From a virus, in IMG/VR virus record IMGVR_UViG_3300009370_001603, positions 58,519 through 122,518 of that record: 64,000 bases of DNA. One strand, written 5' to 3'. Positions 27,890-37,454 of the stretch are shown here, one piece after another. Both the position numbers and the translations under genes were made by a program. The notes under the pieces were generated by a model, which saw only the letters and a list, made by a program, of their open reading frames with translations, was not told the origin of the DNA and did no database searches. Each line of letters starts with the position of its first letter. The stretch's first letter is position 1.

Positions 27890-28405
27890 TTACTCCACAA
27901 ACGCCATAAACGCACCACCCAAATCTCTAGTGAAGGTGTGGGGTGCCTTGCCGGGAGATCCTGAGCTACCCTCTCCATCTGGTAGGTCGCAAGGGGAATC
28001 GTCTCCACTACTAGCACTGTCCGTTATATATTTCACCCAGAGGGTTGTGTTGTTAACTCGTTTCACAACTTTGTAGGTATATATGGACTCCCAATTTTCA
28101 GCGTCTAAATCATACGGCTCCCCCAGTGCCACCTCCATTTTATAAGCAGTAACCCAATCGCCAACCATCACCGTTGCGTTGTTGGCGGCACTGTAGACCA
28201 CTTGGTAGATTGGGCCATTTGAATCGGTCTCATCGACTGATCCACCATGAATAGCTGAAGCGTCTTCTTGCCAGTCACCAAGCCCCTCTTCGGATTGATC
28301 AGCACTGGCAGAGCAGGAAGATATAGCTAAATCGGTAGCTACCGTTATCCTCTGCCTTCCGGTTGCTGAATATATAGGATCGTGTGGTACGGGATAATTT
28401 GGCAT
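27890..28405 (-). CDS. Hypothetical virion-associated protein
   Basis: 171 aa, TAATG coupling to the long fibre gene. Confidence 0.65.
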   Translation of the reverse strand: MPNYPVPHDPIYSATGRQRITVATDLAISSCSASADQSEEGLGDWQEDASAIHGGSVDETDSNGPIYQVVYSAANNATVMVGDWVTAYKMEVALGEPYDLDAENWESIYTYKVVKRVNNTTLWVKYITDSASSGDDSPCDLPDGEGSSGSPGKAPHTFTRDLGGAFMAFVE

Positions 28406-31400
28406 TAGTCTGGTAAGTCCTGACCTATAATAAATCCATCAAATGCAGTACCGGCAGCGTTCGTGCAAAGAAATCCATAAACGTCTGTATGCCCAGTGTT
28501 GGTTGTCATGGTAGGAATTGTGTTTCCAGCCCATCTGACGGTTGCACCACCACCGGTAGTATTGTAGTCAACATCAGTCCAAGCTACTGTAGCTGCTGTT
28601 TCGCCATCGGCTACTTGTGTAATTCTCAAAATAAACTTTTGACCTCTTGTTCCATTTGTGAACTCAATCTTTGTTACATTTGTGTTATCAGTTAATACCA
28701 CATTGAAAAGATTGCTTTGCTTCAAATCAAGACTGATAGTAGCACCCGAATCATCATTGGACTCATTCAATGCTTTTGGAGAATCGTTGGCGTGATGGAA
28801 CTCATTCACGATATTCCCAACTAGCGTAAGTCTGTCGTGGCTTTCATCCCACAATAAGTATTTGCCCGAAGTAGCGCCGAACAATTTCACGTCATGCCCT
28901 GTGTCATCAACACCAACTGTAAGGCTGCCAGCCAAGGTTAACCCAGCACTTGCTAGCGTCATCAAGTCAGTGTCGCTCGTATGGCCGATTGTAGTGCCAT
29001 TTATGCTAACGTTATCGACTGTTAGTGCAGTAAGAGTACCTAGCCCAGTAATATTTGATTGGTTTGCAACAGATACTAGCCCTGCATTTGTTAAAGCTGC
29101 CGTACTACCCATAGTGAGCGTGCCTGCTATGGTTGTGGTCGATGCGGCACCAGCCCCAAGTGTTACATCAACTTCACCGTCAGCGTCAGCTTGCCCAGCA
29201 AGTACCAATCCCGCCGTTAAATTGGCATCGTTTTCTGCTACATAAAATCTAAGCGATGCAGCCTCAGAAGTATGTGCTGAGTCTGTAATAATTGCGTCTA
29301 TATACGCTAATCTTTCGTGTGTATTTTCAGCAGCATCAGTACCATAGAAAGATATTAATCCCATGACATCACTATCGTCACCAGACGCACTATCTTTATT
29401 AAATCTTAATTCGCCAGCAGTCGCCCCAGCGTGTGTATTTGTAATATGAAATATGGGCTTACTAGCAGAAGAGGATGTTAAGGTTAATTCGTCCGAGGCG
29501 TAGGTAAAGTTAGCTTCAGAGGCAAACGTATTATCACTAGTAACCCATGTAATAATTCCATTGTCAGTATCGCCAGCAACAGATCTTGAACTACCCCCAC
29601 CAGCAGAGGCCCATGATATATCAGTACCGTCAGACGTTAAAACATAAGTATTACTTCCAATAGCTAAAGCGGCAGGGTCTCCACTCGAATCTCCGATAAT
29701 TATACTGCCTCTAGTAAGGCCCGCCATCTTAGCAAGGGTTACTTGATCATCAGCTATATGGGCGGTATCAATCGACCCATCTACGTAGTGTTCTGAATTT
29801 ATAACATCGTCTTGTATGTTATCTCCATCAACACAATCTGCCGCTAAGTGAACGTGATCGATAGAACCATCTTTGTAGTGAACACTATCAATGCCATCTT
29901 CTAAGAGAGTTAATATTTCTCCAGCGGTCTGGTCTGCTGTAGCACCATCTTCTACATTAATCATAGTGCGCAAACTAGCAGGACTAATCTCTTCAATTAC
30001 TCCGGCACCCGCTGAATCTCTACCTAAGATTTTATCTGTAGCACTGACATTTTGTATCTTAGCATAGCTGATGGCGTCATCTGCCACCATGTCTGTAGCA
30101 ACCTGTACTTCTCCAATAGCTCCAGCACTGGCCGCTCCTAAAACTCTATTAGCAGTACCGGTGTGCTGCATTTTAGCATAAGTAACAGCGTCATCGGCTA
30201 TCATGGCGGTAGCAACCTGTACTTCTCCGATAGTACCAGCGGTAGCAGCACCTAATAATCTATTGTCAGCGCTAGTGTCTTGCATCTTGGCGTAGGTTAC
30301 AGCGTCGTTGGCTATGGTACTTGTAATTGAGATGCCTGCCGAACCATCGAAGTTTGCTGTGCCTGTTACGTCTCCAGCTAGCGCTATAGCTCTTGCAGTG
30401 GTAAGGGTAGCTGCGCTACCAGTAGTATTTTGGTTAAGTGTGCCAATTGTAATATTTATCTCTGTATCTGGGGTTTCTGCAACACCAAAGTCGGACGAGA
30501 AGTCTAGGGTAACTATATCTGAACCGCCAACGGCAGAGCCATTAGACTTGACGCTAGTCATGCTGCCGCCGCCCCCTCCGCCTCCGGCATTCTCTACCCA
30601 AGTAAATTTACCGGTAGCAATATCGTAAGATGGGACATAGTTGTCCGTGGGAGTATTTGTGGCTAAAAGATTAGCTCCACTAACTGCGGCTTGGAATGCT
30701 TTTCCGTGAAGTTCTATTCCGGAACCCGCCGAGAAATTTCCACTCGCACTGTTTGTTGTAATCTCATTAAGCAGGAAATCGCCGGAAGCATTTATTGCAT
30801 TAACGTTCACGGTTCCGCTGGCTGAATTAGCTCTAATCTCTGTTAAGTTAGCAGCTCCAGAAGCTGAGTTAGCCCTGATTTCGGTGAGGTTGAAGTTGCC
30901 ACTCGCTGAGTTAGCTCTGATCTCGGTAAGGTTGGCAGCTCCAGAAGCTGAATTGGTTTGGATTTCCCCAAGCCAGAACACGCCCGAGTTATTAATTGCG
31001 CTGGCATTTGTTACTCCGCTGGCTGAGTTGGCTCTAATCTCTGTTAAGTTAGCAGCCCCAGAAGCTGAGTTAGCTCTGATCTCGGTAAGGTTGAAGTTGC
31101 CACTGGCCGAATTGGCTCTGACTTCTGTGAGATTTGAACTTCCACTAGCAGAATTAGTCTGTATCTCCCCGAGTAGGAAATCCCCAGAGGCGTTTACAAG
31201 ATTGGTGTTAGAAACCCCGCTGGCACTATTGGCTCGTATTTCAGTTGTGTTTGCAGTTATGAGACTAGTAAGTGTGGTGGAGATGTTTGCATCATCATTA
31301 ATTGCAGCAGCTAGTTCGTTGAGAGTATCTAGGGCTGCGGGGGCACTATCAATAAGATTGGCCACCTTCATGTTTGCATAGCCTTGAGCATATCCTGAGA

Positions 31401-33174
31401 TGGAGGCTCCACTAGCTGAATTGACAGTTATTTCTCCAAGAAGGAAATCGCCCGAAGAATGAACTAGATTTGTATTAGTAACGCCGCTGGCTGAGTTAGC
31501 CCTTATTTCGGTAAGATTTGAGTTTCCACTAGCCGAATTGGATCTTATCTCGGTGAGGAAATAATCCCCAGAAGAATAAGGTAGGCCACCGCCGCCCGCT
31601 GATGCTACACCAGAAATAACCAGTCCACTAGCTGAATTGGCCCTAACCTCATCTAATAGCATATTCCCCGAAGAATTTATAGATAAAGTGTTATTATTTA
31701 TATTAGTATTTCTTGTTATCCCACTATCTGAATTAGCTATAATTTTAGTGAGAAGTGAATTACCGGAAGCATGAATGAGATTAGTATTTGATGTAATATT
31801 AGTAGAATTTGTATTTCCACTGGCAGAGTTAACTACTATTTCACCAAGTAAGAAATCGCCCGACGCATGGACAAGGCTTGTATTCGCCGTTATGTTCGTC
31901 GCATTGGTATTTCCACTCGCAGAGTTTGCGCGAATTTCGTCAAGATTATATGTAATTTTACCGCCACTGGCTACTGGCAGGGCGCTACCGGTTGAAGCGG
32001 CTATACCGGAAACGACTAGTAGGTCTGATGCGTTAGTGGTCCCACTAGCTGAATTTGACCTAATTTCATCTAAGAAATAATCTCCCGAAGCGTGTGTAAG
32101 AGCATCTATGCCAACCGCTGTTAGTCCAGAAACAAGTAATATGTCTGCTGTATTTTTTGTTATCTGGGGCTGTAGGGCACCACTAACAGCTGTAGCTGAG
32201 TGGTCTTGGTTGTCTGTATAGTATTTTGCCCAACCGCTGACAGCAACCCCACTCGTAGTGTTGTTTTCAATATTTGTCAGTACATTATGGCCCGAAGCAA
32301 ATAAAGACCCCGTAGCTGTAATTGTGCGAGCGGAAAGATCTCCATCCTTATCTATCTTGGCAAGAACAATGTCGGAACTATTAGTCCATTCTTGTAAATT
32401 TGCTGATTGGGCAGATGCACCCTTGACTCTAAAAGCAGGTTGGGAAGTAGTATAAGATGTAGCAAGAAAGCCAGTATCGCTATTTGACTCAAAAACAGTA
32501 TTGCCTTTGTGGGCTACATTAAAGCCCCCACCATGGGTTAAATTAATGCTGGTTAGAGAATTTGAGTACAAGCCAATGTTGCCATCTCCAGCGTAAACGT
32601 AAGCGTAGGTCGGCGGATCTCCGGAGTTATTAGGAGAATCTTTAAGGCCTAGCTTCCAGTCTGGCGATACGGTACCATCATGATACAGCGATATAGTCTC
32701 ATCATTAGAGTCATCTACATAAGCATGGAAGAAATTACCGGCACTGTCACGCTTAAGTGTTAACAGACCACTAACGCCCAGATCCCCACGCACATCTAGT
32801 GTGTTGGAAACCTCTAGGCCAGAAGCAATCGTTAGGCCAACAGATATATTTGCTTGACCGTCCTCATCTAGAAAAACAGCTTTACTCGCGGGATACGAAC
32901 AAAACACATAAGAGACACCACTAAGATCGATCTTAGAGCCACTATTAGAGCTTGACAGAACAGTATCTCTAGAGAGGGTATTGCCCACCTCAGTATATGT
33001 ACCTATACCAATCTCGAAGTTTGTCCCGTTTTCAATAACGTAATATGTGGTATTGCCGTTACCTATTCCGGCAGAGAAAGAGACAAAACCACCAAACGCA
33101 CCGGCGAGCGTGACGCTCCCAGTGCCGCTTGTGATTGATGTTTCTTTTACCCTATCTGTTAGAATCAGACCCAT
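28405..33174 (-). CDS. Long fibre protein with coiled-coil NSASG repeats
   Basis: 1589 aa. N-terminal DRVKETS.TSGTG module, APAALDTLNELAAAINDD fibre motif, ADDAVTYAKMQ repeats, C-terminal beta domain (ISLDLKQSNLF..VRWAG..TDVYGF). Confidence 0.8.
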   Translation of the reverse strand: MGLILTDRVKETSITSGTGSVTLAGAFGGFVSFSAGIGNGNTTYYVIENGTNFEIGIGTYTEVGNTLSRDTVLSSSNSGSKIDLSGVSYVFCSYPASKAVFLDEDGQANISVGLTIASGLEVSNTLDVRGDLGVSGLLTLKRDSAGNFFHAYVDDSNDETISLYHDGTVSPDWKLGLKDSPNNSGDPPTYAYVYAGDGNIGLYSNSLTSINLTHGGGFNVAHKGNTVFESNSDTGFLATSYTTSQPAFRVKGASAQSANLQEWTNSSDIVLAKIDKDGDLSARTITATGSLFASGHNVLTNIENNTTSGVAVSGWAKYYTDNQDHSATAVSGALQPQITKNTADILLVSGLTAVGIDALTHASGDYFLDEIRSNSASGTTNASDLLVVSGIAASTGSALPVASGGKITYNLDEIRANSASGNTNATNITANTSLVHASGDFLLGEIVVNSASGNTNSTNITSNTNLIHASGNSLLTKIIANSDSGITRNTNINNNTLSINSSGNMLLDEVRANSASGLVISGVASAGGGGLPYSSGDYFLTEIRSNSASGNSNLTEIRANSASGVTNTNLVHSSGDFLLGEITVNSASGASISGYAQGYANMKVANLIDSAPAALDTLNELAAAINDDANISTTLTSLITANTTEIRANSASGVSNTNLVNASGDFLLGEIQTNSASGSSNLTEVRANSASGNFNLTEIRANSASGAANLTEIRANSASGVTNASAINNSGVFWLGEIQTNSASGAANLTEIRANSASGNFNLTEIRANSASGAANLTEIRANSASGTVNVNAINASGDFLLNEITTNSASGNFSAGSGIELHGKAFQAAVSGANLLATNTPTDNYVPSYDIATGKFTWVENAGGGGGGGSMTSVKSNGSAVGGSDIVTLDFSSDFGVAETPDTEINITIGTLNQNTTGSAATLTTARAIALAGDVTGTANFDGSAGISITSTIANDAVTYAKMQDTSADNRLLGAATAGTIGEVQVATAMIADDAVTYAKMQHTGTANRVLGAASAGAIGEVQVATDMVADDAISYAKIQNVSATDKILGRDSAGAGVIEEISPASLRTMINVEDGATADQTAGEILTLLEDGIDSVHYKDGSIDHVHLAADCVDGDNIQDDVINSEHYVDGSIDTAHIADDQVTLAKMAGLTRGSIIIGDSSGDPAALAIGSNTYVLTSDGTDISWASAGGGSSRSVAGDTDNGIITWVTSDNTFASEANFTYASDELTLTSSSASKPIFHITNTHAGATAGELRFNKDSASGDDSDVMGLISFYGTDAAENTHERLAYIDAIITDSAHTSEAASLRFYVAENDANLTAGLVLAGQADADGEVDVTLGAGAASTTTIAGTLTMGSTAALTNAGLVSVANQSNITGLGTLTALTVDNVSINGTTIGHTSDTDLMTLASAGLTLAGSLTVGVDDTGHDVKLFGATSGKYLLWDESHDRLTLVGNIVNEFHHANDSPKALNESNDDSGATISLDLKQSNLFNVVLTDNTNVTKIEFTNGTRGQKFILRITQVADGETAATVAWTDVDYNTTGGGATVRWAGNTIPTMTTNTGHTDVYGFLCTNAAGTAFDGFIIGQDLPD
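30735..32065 (-). repeat. Coding repeat: about 17 copies of EI(R/Q/T)xNSASG, partly as 14-aa/42-bp tandem units
   Basis: NLTEIRANSASG units counted by eye in the translation; near-identical DNA units at ~30815-31150. Confidence 0.85.
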
Positions 33175-33180
33175 TTTGTA

Positions 33181-34350
33181 TTACCCCAAAGAAAGCTTCG
33201 TTGATTTTTTCTTTTTACAGCATTTCTTGCTTTCACCTTGCTTCAATAACTCTATCTGCTTTTCTAGTAGCTCTATTTTAGATTCTAAATCTCCCCCGCT
33301 TTCATCTGGATCGTCACCCATTGTATCTGTTTCCTCTAATAGCTTTTGCCAAGTGCTCTCCGAAAAACTCAGTTCATCTACAAAGTGCTTCTTCAGATCA
33401 GACAAGTCAAGGCCGATCTCTTTAAATTCTAGTATATAATTCTTAAGTTTATCCTCTGTGCTGAGGGCGTACTTCACACCGTCTGGCCTATCAAATCTAT
33501 GCAACCATTTCAAGAATGGCAAACACATCGTCTTTCTTCCTGCCTGCCTGTATTTCTCATGAATGTAGCACTCTTCTCCACCGAAGCCCGTTGTGTTCGG
33601 ATTAAATTTAAGCCAAGAATTTTTCCTAGTTAAAAACAATCCAAGGCCTTGTGCAAATATTTCAAAGGGTTTTTCTTTTGGGTCAAACCCGCACCTATTA
33701 TAGCCCTCTTGTTTTAGCTTGTTATCATGACTGTTGTATTGAAGGTCTGGGAATTCTCTAGAGCAATACCCACATTCTTTGATTCTCTCCTGCGTTCCTA
33801 GTGAAACAAAGCTGCATTTCTTATCAACATTCATCACTGAGAAGTAAAAAGAATCACAAACACACTTCCACGCAAAACCCCAGCGGCCCCACATGCCTCC
33901 TCCCCACTCATCGTTAAAATGCGTGGAGATGTTGTTCATCGCGTCGTAAACCAATGGACCTGTGAATAAATCCTCAGATTTCTCGTTATAACTAATAAAG
34001 GCTAAAAGTTGGTCTATGACCTTAACCGTGGGACAAAGTAGTACGTGACAGTCCATAACTAATACGAAATTAGTTCTAGCTTCCTCTATTATCTTGTTTC
34101 TTGTGCAAGAGGTTCCCTGATTTTCATCTAAATCTATAACTTTTACTAGTCCGTTTGAACCATTGGCAAATCTTTTGACTGAATTTGCGTGTGGGCATGA
34201 GGAGTTATTCTCTACTATCAAGAATTCTATCTGGGATAGTAAATCTCTTCTTCCGTTATATACAAGTTCTTTAATAATATCCTGAATAGTGAAGTAAACA
34301 CCATTAAAATCAGAATAGTGTGCCATTCCTATAGTTAACATCTTCTCCAT
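33181..34350 (-). CDS. GT-A fold (family 2-like) glycosyltransferase with Cys-rich insertion
   Basis: LTIGM..FLIVENN..RNKIIEEARTNFVLVMDCH (DxH), GLGLF..W..F..GFGGEE.Y; insertion CVC..C..CGYC. Confidence 0.8.
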   Translation of the reverse strand: MEKMLTIGMAHYSDFNGVYFTIQDIIKELVYNGRRDLLSQIEFLIVENNSSCPHANSVKRFANGSNGLVKVIDLDENQGTSCTRNKIIEEARTNFVLVMDCHVLLCPTVKVIDQLLAFISYNEKSEDLFTGPLVYDAMNNISTHFNDEWGGGMWGRWGFAWKCVCDSFYFSVMNVDKKCSFVSLGTQERIKECGYCSREFPDLQYNSHDNKLKQEGYNRCGFDPKEKPFEIFAQGLGLFLTRKNSWLKFNPNTTGFGGEECYIHEKYRQAGRKTMCLPFLKWLHRFDRPDGVKYALSTEDKLKNYILEFKEIGLDLSDLKKHFVDELSFSESTWQKLLEETDTMGDDPDESGGDLESKIELLEKQIELLKQGESKKCCKKKKSTKLSLG

Positions 34351-34385
34351 GTTTTTCTCCTAAAAGTATCCTAAAGTTACGTTGT

Positions 34386-34394
34386 ATTATACAC
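34386..34394 (-). promoter_or_regulatory. Late promoter motif GTGTATAAT
   Basis: Intergenic, upstream of the glycosyltransferase ATG 34350. Confidence 0.6.
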
Positions 34395-34424
34395 TATTTT
34401 GGTATTAAATACCCTGAGCGTTGA

Positions 34425-37400
34425 TTAAGAATATCCTCCACCGGGGTCGCCTTCATCGCCACCGTCATCTCCGCCGGAGTCGGGAGCGTCACCGGTATCC
34501 TCATCTCCACCGTCATCTCCGCCGGGGTCGGGAGCGCCACCGGTATCAGCATCGTCGTCGTCGCCGCCACCGGGATCGGGAGCTTCACCCGTATCGTCGT
34601 CGTCATCGCCACCGTCACCTCCGCCGCCACCGCCTTGTACGCAGGGTTTTGTTGCAGTATGAATGACGGCGTGGGCGTGGTGTGATGGGTCTGTGTTTTC
34701 AGGTGGATCGTCGCATTCACAGCCGTCTGCGCAATCGCTTGATAATAGTGTCCACCCACCACCTGACGCGTCGTGTTCCCATGTACATTGACCGCAGGTA
34801 ATACAGCAGGGGCAGTCCGTTTTTGTTACTGGAACTTCAAATTCCCACACTGGCGGTTTAAAGCATAAATTGGTCGCGTCAGGATTCTGAGCTTGCAGCC
34901 GAGAGTACTTACCCTGACAAGTCTCAAGCCATCCCATCCACCGATCTGCCGAACTCTTTGGCTTTTGTGAATTGCAAGTAAAACTATACTTCCAAGTATC
35001 ACCATCAAAATCGCTGCCATCAGGATTTTTCTTGCCGCCACATGTAAACCTCTGCTGAGATGTTACGTAATAATATGTCCCGTTCTGACCGCCATCAAGC
35101 AGGTAACGTGCTGCCGACTCGGCAGTCATTGTCGCTTTCGGGTACAAGGAGACATCGTCTCCGGTGTAACTTGTCTCCTCGAAGCCGCATGTATTATTAT
35201 CATCACTTCCAATAACCTTGAGTTTGGCGACTACTGAGAAACTACTCGGACATGAACAGTCGTTACAAGGCATCCAGCCATCAACTGTCGAGGCATTTGA
35301 CTCGGGCGAGTAGCGTTCACAGTTATGATTGTCTTCACTCCATTTTGATTCACACCCATCTTTGCCGTGGTTCCATTTCTCACTATCGTTACAATAGCCA
35401 AGGCAATCGGCTTCCTTTATGTTGTCTTCACACTCCCAGTCGCCCATAATTCTTAACCAATAATTTTCTTCAGTTTTGTGCTCATCGCCAAAAGGTGAAC
35501 CGTCTGACCAAGTTGTCGGCCAACTCCAATGCCTTCTACAACACGATCCGTCACCGCAGCCAACCTGCTTCCACTCGGAGCCGGTAATGTAATCTGGAGC
35601 AATCTTCCCACAGTACCCCTCTGGCCAATCTTCTTCCCCACGCCCAGCGGATGGAAAAAACGCTCCGCCATCAACAACCCAAGGTTGATCAGATACTAAA
35701 GAATCGTCGATGATACGATCTGGACACGGGCATTTGCACCCATTATTCTCAGGTTCATCTGGATGTCTCATTGGCCACCCCGGCTTGTCATTTTCCCAAT
35801 CGGTATTGCCCGCGCAAATATTAGCCCACTGTGTCTCCCATCCGGAGCCATATGCTGTTGCAAACTCTTCCTCAGTTGGTAATTTCCAGTACCATACTCC
35901 ATCAACCAGTTTTTTGACCCAATAACACGATCCGCAGGAAGGACCATCTTCGGGGGGGTCATCCCCACCTCCGGTGCCCGTGCCCTCTGTGCAAACCAGT
36001 CCATGCATCTCAGCTACATCATCGCAACCGGCGGAACAGGTTTGACCACCATCCCAGTAGCCATCCTTATCATCGCATTCTGCTTCGGTAAACATGCTAC
36101 AGGTGAGACCGTACTCTCCGCAATAGCAGCATCGCCCCAGCGGGCCGGGGGGGCTAGTTGTAGTTGTGCCGCCGGGGGGGCTAGTTGTAGTTGTGCCGCC
36201 GGGGGTCGGCTCCGGGTCCGGGTCCGGGTCCGGGCCACCGCCACCGCCGGGACATCCTCCGGGCGGCTGTCTAGTATATCCATCAGGACATGAAACGCAG
36301 CAGTTATCTAGGCCTTCGATAATTCCCCCGTCAGTTCCATCAGGCTTACAGCATGACACTCCACCACAGCCTGCATTGTCAGGACAATCGCCATCATCCT
36401 CGCAATCTGTGCCACCTGCCGCCTGACAGGGCGTACACGGACTAAAAAACTCTGGACAGCAGCAGCAACAGCCAACTGGATCGTTACAGAAAATCTCTAC
36501 CTTAGTACCGTCATCATTACAACATTCTAGCTTTTGTCCCTCTGATGAAATTGTTATGCACGGACCCATGTTGGGACATCCGGGCTGAGGGTTAAGCGCG
36601 CAGCCAAGGTCACCGCGAAGGTCTGGATCAAGACATTCTGGGCACTCAGGATCTGGGGGTTCAGTGGTATTACAGCAGAGGCAATCATCGGATATATCGT
36701 CGCAGGGCGCAGGAAGTTGAAAAGTAATTCCATCGATTATTTCATCGCAATTTCCAGCCTCCCCGTGTCCGAAACCTTTCAAGCCATAACAGGTTTCCCC
36801 CTCATAATTCCATCTGAGCCACGCTGTTTCGGGCATCTGCGACTGACAAACTACTGTGGCTCTCCAGTCGTCACCACAGTCAAACGTACCCTCATCACTA
36901 TATGTGATTGGGTCTGAACAGAGATCACCCCCAAGGCCGACGCCATTAAAGGTGTCAGTTTCATCCATTACGCAGTCTTCACAGTCGGTTTTTACCCGAA
37001 TGGGAATACTTAGTGTGGGTGGGCAGCAGCATTTTACGCAGGCTAAAGACCCTGCGTCTTCACACGTTTTACTCAGGGCGGTTCCGCCAAGGTCTTCGCA
37101 TTGAGTCCTTGTTAGATTGACACACGTATGCACATCATCCTCACCGGGAAGGCAGCATCCAAGCTCTGGGTCGGGCGGATCAGTAGTGGGGGGTTGGGTA
37201 GTAGGGGGGGCGGTAGTAACGGGAGGCTGGGTAGTAGGCTCAGGGGTAGTGGTAATGCAGGTTATCTGAGCACATGTTTTATCTCGGTAGAATCGAGAAC
37301 ACGGTTTTACTAGGCAGTCCCCTTCGCTGATGACGCTATCACAATTCGAGGGAGGGCACCCCTCTGTACCATAACAGCAGGCTCCGGTAGGCGGTGGTGG

Positions 37401-37436
37401 CGGCGTGACGCCATCACATTGACAACACTGTGTCAT
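34425..37436 (-). CDS. Cys-rich, Pro/Thr-linker protein with acidic Gly/Asp C-terminal repeats
   Basis: 1003 aa. GACC/GCC/GRCC/GSCC modules, PTT linkers, CG.C.W modules, C-terminal DTG.APD.GG repeats; no signal peptide. Confidence 0.8.
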   Translation of the reverse strand: MTQCCQCDGVTPPPPPTGACCYGTEGCPPSNCDSVISEGDCLVKPCSRFYRDKTCAQITCITTTPEPTTQPPVTTAPPTTQPPTTDPPDPELGCCLPGEDDVHTCVNLTRTQCEDLGGTALSKTCEDAGSLACVKCCCPPTLSIPIRVKTDCEDCVMDETDTFNGVGLGGDLCSDPITYSDEGTFDCGDDWRATVVCQSQMPETAWLRWNYEGETCYGLKGFGHGEAGNCDEIIDGITFQLPAPCDDISDDCLCCNTTEPPDPECPECLDPDLRGDLGCALNPQPGCPNMGPCITISSEGQKLECCNDDGTKVEIFCNDPVGCCCCCPEFFSPCTPCQAAGGTDCEDDGDCPDNAGCGGVSCCKPDGTDGGIIEGLDNCCVSCPDGYTRQPPGGCPGGGGGPDPDPDPEPTPGGTTTTSPPGGTTTTSPPGPLGRCCYCGEYGLTCSMFTEAECDDKDGYWDGGQTCSAGCDDVAEMHGLVCTEGTGTGGGDDPPEDGPSCGSCYWVKKLVDGVWYWKLPTEEEFATAYGSGWETQWANICAGNTDWENDKPGWPMRHPDEPENNGCKCPCPDRIIDDSLVSDQPWVVDGGAFFPSAGRGEEDWPEGYCGKIAPDYITGSEWKQVGCGDGSCCRRHWSWPTTWSDGSPFGDEHKTEENYWLRIMGDWECEDNIKEADCLGYCNDSEKWNHGKDGCESKWSEDNHNCERYSPESNASTVDGWMPCNDCSCPSSFSVVAKLKVIGSDDNNTCGFEETSYTGDDVSLYPKATMTAESAARYLLDGGQNGTYYYVTSQQRFTCGGKKNPDGSDFDGDTWKYSFTCNSQKPKSSADRWMGWLETCQGKYSRLQAQNPDATNLCFKPPVWEFEVPVTKTDCPCCITCGQCTWEHDASGGGWTLLSSDCADGCECDDPPENTDPSHHAHAVIHTATKPCVQGGGGGGDGGDDDDDTGEAPDPGGGDDDDADTGGAPDPGGDDGGDEDTGDAPDSGGDDGGDEGDPGGGYS

Positions 37437-37454
37437 TACAAACTCCTAGTATAA

